This document shows positions 61,535 to 64,000 of a stretch of DNA of 64,000 bases, one piece after another. The position numbers and the translations under genes are program-made. The stretch's first letter is position 1; each line of letters begins with the position of its first letter. The stretch is from Octopus bimaculoides (Eukaryota), in contig NC_068990.1 of assembly GCF_001194135.2 (NCBI RefSeq), forward strand, positions 86,724,595-86,788,594, read 5' to 3'. The notes beneath the pieces are model-generated. The model was not told where the DNA came from. It did no database searches and was given only the letters and a program-made list of their open reading frames with translations.

Positions 61535-61925
61535 AGAACTAGCAGAATCGTTAGCGCACCGGGTGAAATGCTTAGCGGTATTTCGTCTGGCGTTACGTTC
61601 TGAGTTCAAATTCAGCCGAGGTCGAAATTGCCTTTCATCCTTTCGGGGTCGATAAATTAAGTACCAGTTACGCACTGGAGTCGATGTAATCGACTTAATC
61701 CGTTTGTCTGTCCTTGTTTGTCCCCTCTGTGTGTAGCCCCTTGTGGGCAGTAAAGAAATAGGTATTTCGCCCGTCGCTACATTCTGAGTTCAAATTCCAC
61801 CGAGGTCGACTTTGTCTCTCATCCTTTTGGACACGATAAATTAAGTACCAGTTGTGTACTGGAGACAAGCTAATCGACTGGCCATCTCTCCCCAAATTTC
61901 AGGCCTTGTGCATATAATAGAAAGG
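61535..61925 (+). mobile_element. Composite SINE family A (tail-variant-2 unit followed by a 5'-truncated unit)
   Basis: Two ttctgagttcaaatt..gaggtcga cores; junction taaagaaatag|gtatttcg at about 61761. Confidence 0.9.
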
Positions 61926-62646
61926 ATTATTGGAAATAGACCAGTTATTGTATTCTTGTTAAAAGTATTTCTAATGATTTTATTACCAAAATTTCCAAAA
62001 TGGAATAAATATGAAATTCAACAAATTCAATCACATGATTCGCCTAAGTCACTTGGGAGAAAAACCTCATTTTTAAACAGTTTATGAGAGTAACGATATA
62101 TATACTCCTTAGAAAAATACTGTTTGATCAATATATATGACAAAATTGTATTTGGCGTGTAAGAATTTCATTTTATCAATTATTTTTAGTCAAAAAGTTA
62201 AATGCAGTTTCAGAATTTTGTATATGAGCCATTAAATTCAGCTGCAATATTTCAAAGAAAAACTGATTAAAAATGTATTTTCAATAATGAAAGAAAAGTA
62301 TCATTAAAGCCAGCAGCTATACTTCCAATAATGAAAAATATTTTGGAACACGAAAGTCAACAGTGCGCAGATTCCAATGCCTGATTTTTGTAACTTTATA
62401 TTTTTACCAAGCGTTCATTTTTATTATTTTTTTATTTTGCTTTTTGGTATTTAGTAAGAATGAATTTTCAATACTTTTTAGGTTTACCACTGCATTCCAA
62501 GTAGAATTTTCCAGTTCATAAGAAGCAATTATGTATGTATATTCTACACACACTCACATATCTCTGTGTGTGCATGTATATATATGTATATATATGTGTG
62601 TGTGTGTGTGTACATATATATATGTGTGTGTATGTATGCATGTATG

Positions 62647-62682
<36 letters not shown>

Positions 62683-62700
62683 TTATGCAATTATGTATAT

Positions 62701-62797
<97 letters not shown>

Positions 62798-63395
62798 AAG
62801 CGAAAGGGAGAGAGTGAGAGAAATAGACAGACAGAAAACAACCAGATAGATAGAGATATGGTACACTTAACATACACACACGGATGACACGCAAGTTACT
62901 CTGGCTTTCAACAGATATAAAATTTATTATGGAAGTGCTATGTTTAAAAATATAATATATTACGGAGGGAGTCGAACAATCGTCTCACCAGTAGTTAGCA
63001 AGAGCTCTAAATGCATTTCGGGCTATTTGAACCTTGACAATGAGAGGTCCTTGCAGCCAACCAAATGCCTAGACAACAATCGTTGCCTCTGATATTGGAG
63101 ATAGTCACTATTATGTATAGTGGTCAGGACTGAAAATCTAATGCGGTGTTCGCAACTGATGCAATATCAAATTAAAATAATCATCTCTGTATCATATTTT
63201 ATGTCCATATTCCGTTCATAGGCGAGTTACAGCGGTTTTCTACCCAGATCAAATCTTTTACGATGAACTCTTGGGCGAAGAGGAAAGAGAATTCCTCAAG
63301 ATGTATTTCACCGTTATTGTGCCTTGTCAATGACGCGTAATATGTGGATGACATCGAGAGCGCGATATACACATACACATACATACATACATACA

Positions 63396-63431
<36 letters not shown>

Positions 63432-64000
63432 TATACATACGGAATTTCAGAAAAAGAAATCAACCGATTTGCACATTAAAATGCAATCTAGAACCGGAAC
63501 GGTAAAACTATGTAAGACTTTGCTCAGGTTTAAAACGTAATATTGTTTTCGTTATCTACATTCCAATGACGGAGATTTGTATCATTGTTTGATACCAGCA
63601 CCTTCTTGAAAAGTAAACTTTAAATAATTAAAACAGAAAAGGACATGTATGTATGCATGTATGTATGTACGTATGCGTGTATGTATGCATGTATGTATAT
63701 ATGCATATACGTATATATGCGTGTGTCTGTATGTATGTATGTATCTCGTGCAAACCCGCAGTAACTTGACTATCAATGTTATATATATGTTAAGCATGAT
63801 ACATACATGGCTATTCTGACTTAATGTTGCTCCGGTTGCATATACCGGATTATTTATTCAACTCTGCGGCTATTCACAATGTCAGCAGCGAATCTATTAT
63901 TCACTATTTCCTATACCAGAGACTTCAAATCTCGCTTAGGCATGTGGCTAGCTACAAGTACAGATCATCGACAAGGCTAAAATGCATTTAGTGTTCCCGC

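Overview
AT-rich, microsatellite-dense animal genomic DNA from a draft assembly with many N gaps. The SINE families and repeat landscape look like Octopus (inference, not verified). The window is dominated by one large minus-strand gene, an SLC6/NSS (Na+/Cl- neurotransmitter/amino-acid symporter) family member. I traced 11 coding exons by hand (48482 down to 2140; 1454 nt, about 485 codons, TM2 to part of TM11). All have canonical AG/GT sites and consistent phases, and three (36825-36939, 26827-26930, 17039-17163) are missing from the ORF track in their coding frame. The TM1 exon and the C-terminal exon(s) were not found, so they lie in gaps or outside the window. The introns hold at least three tRNA-derived SINE families, decayed LINEs (RLE/R2-R4-like, RTE-like, CR1/L2-like), a probable Penelope-like relic, and mariner/Tc1 and hAT MITEs. 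Best findings: (1) an apparently intact type I hammerhead ribozyme in the sense strand of an intron (16757-16819), plus two decayed hammerhead-like motifs, one in the loop of a 50-bp-arm hairpin; (2) unusual TM6/TM8 binding-site residues and an enlarged Cys-rich EL2 in the transporter; (3) inverted SINEs tightly bracketing one exon. Almost all long ORFs in the supplied track are microsatellite or gap artefacts. No rRNA, true tRNA gene or CRISPR array is supported.
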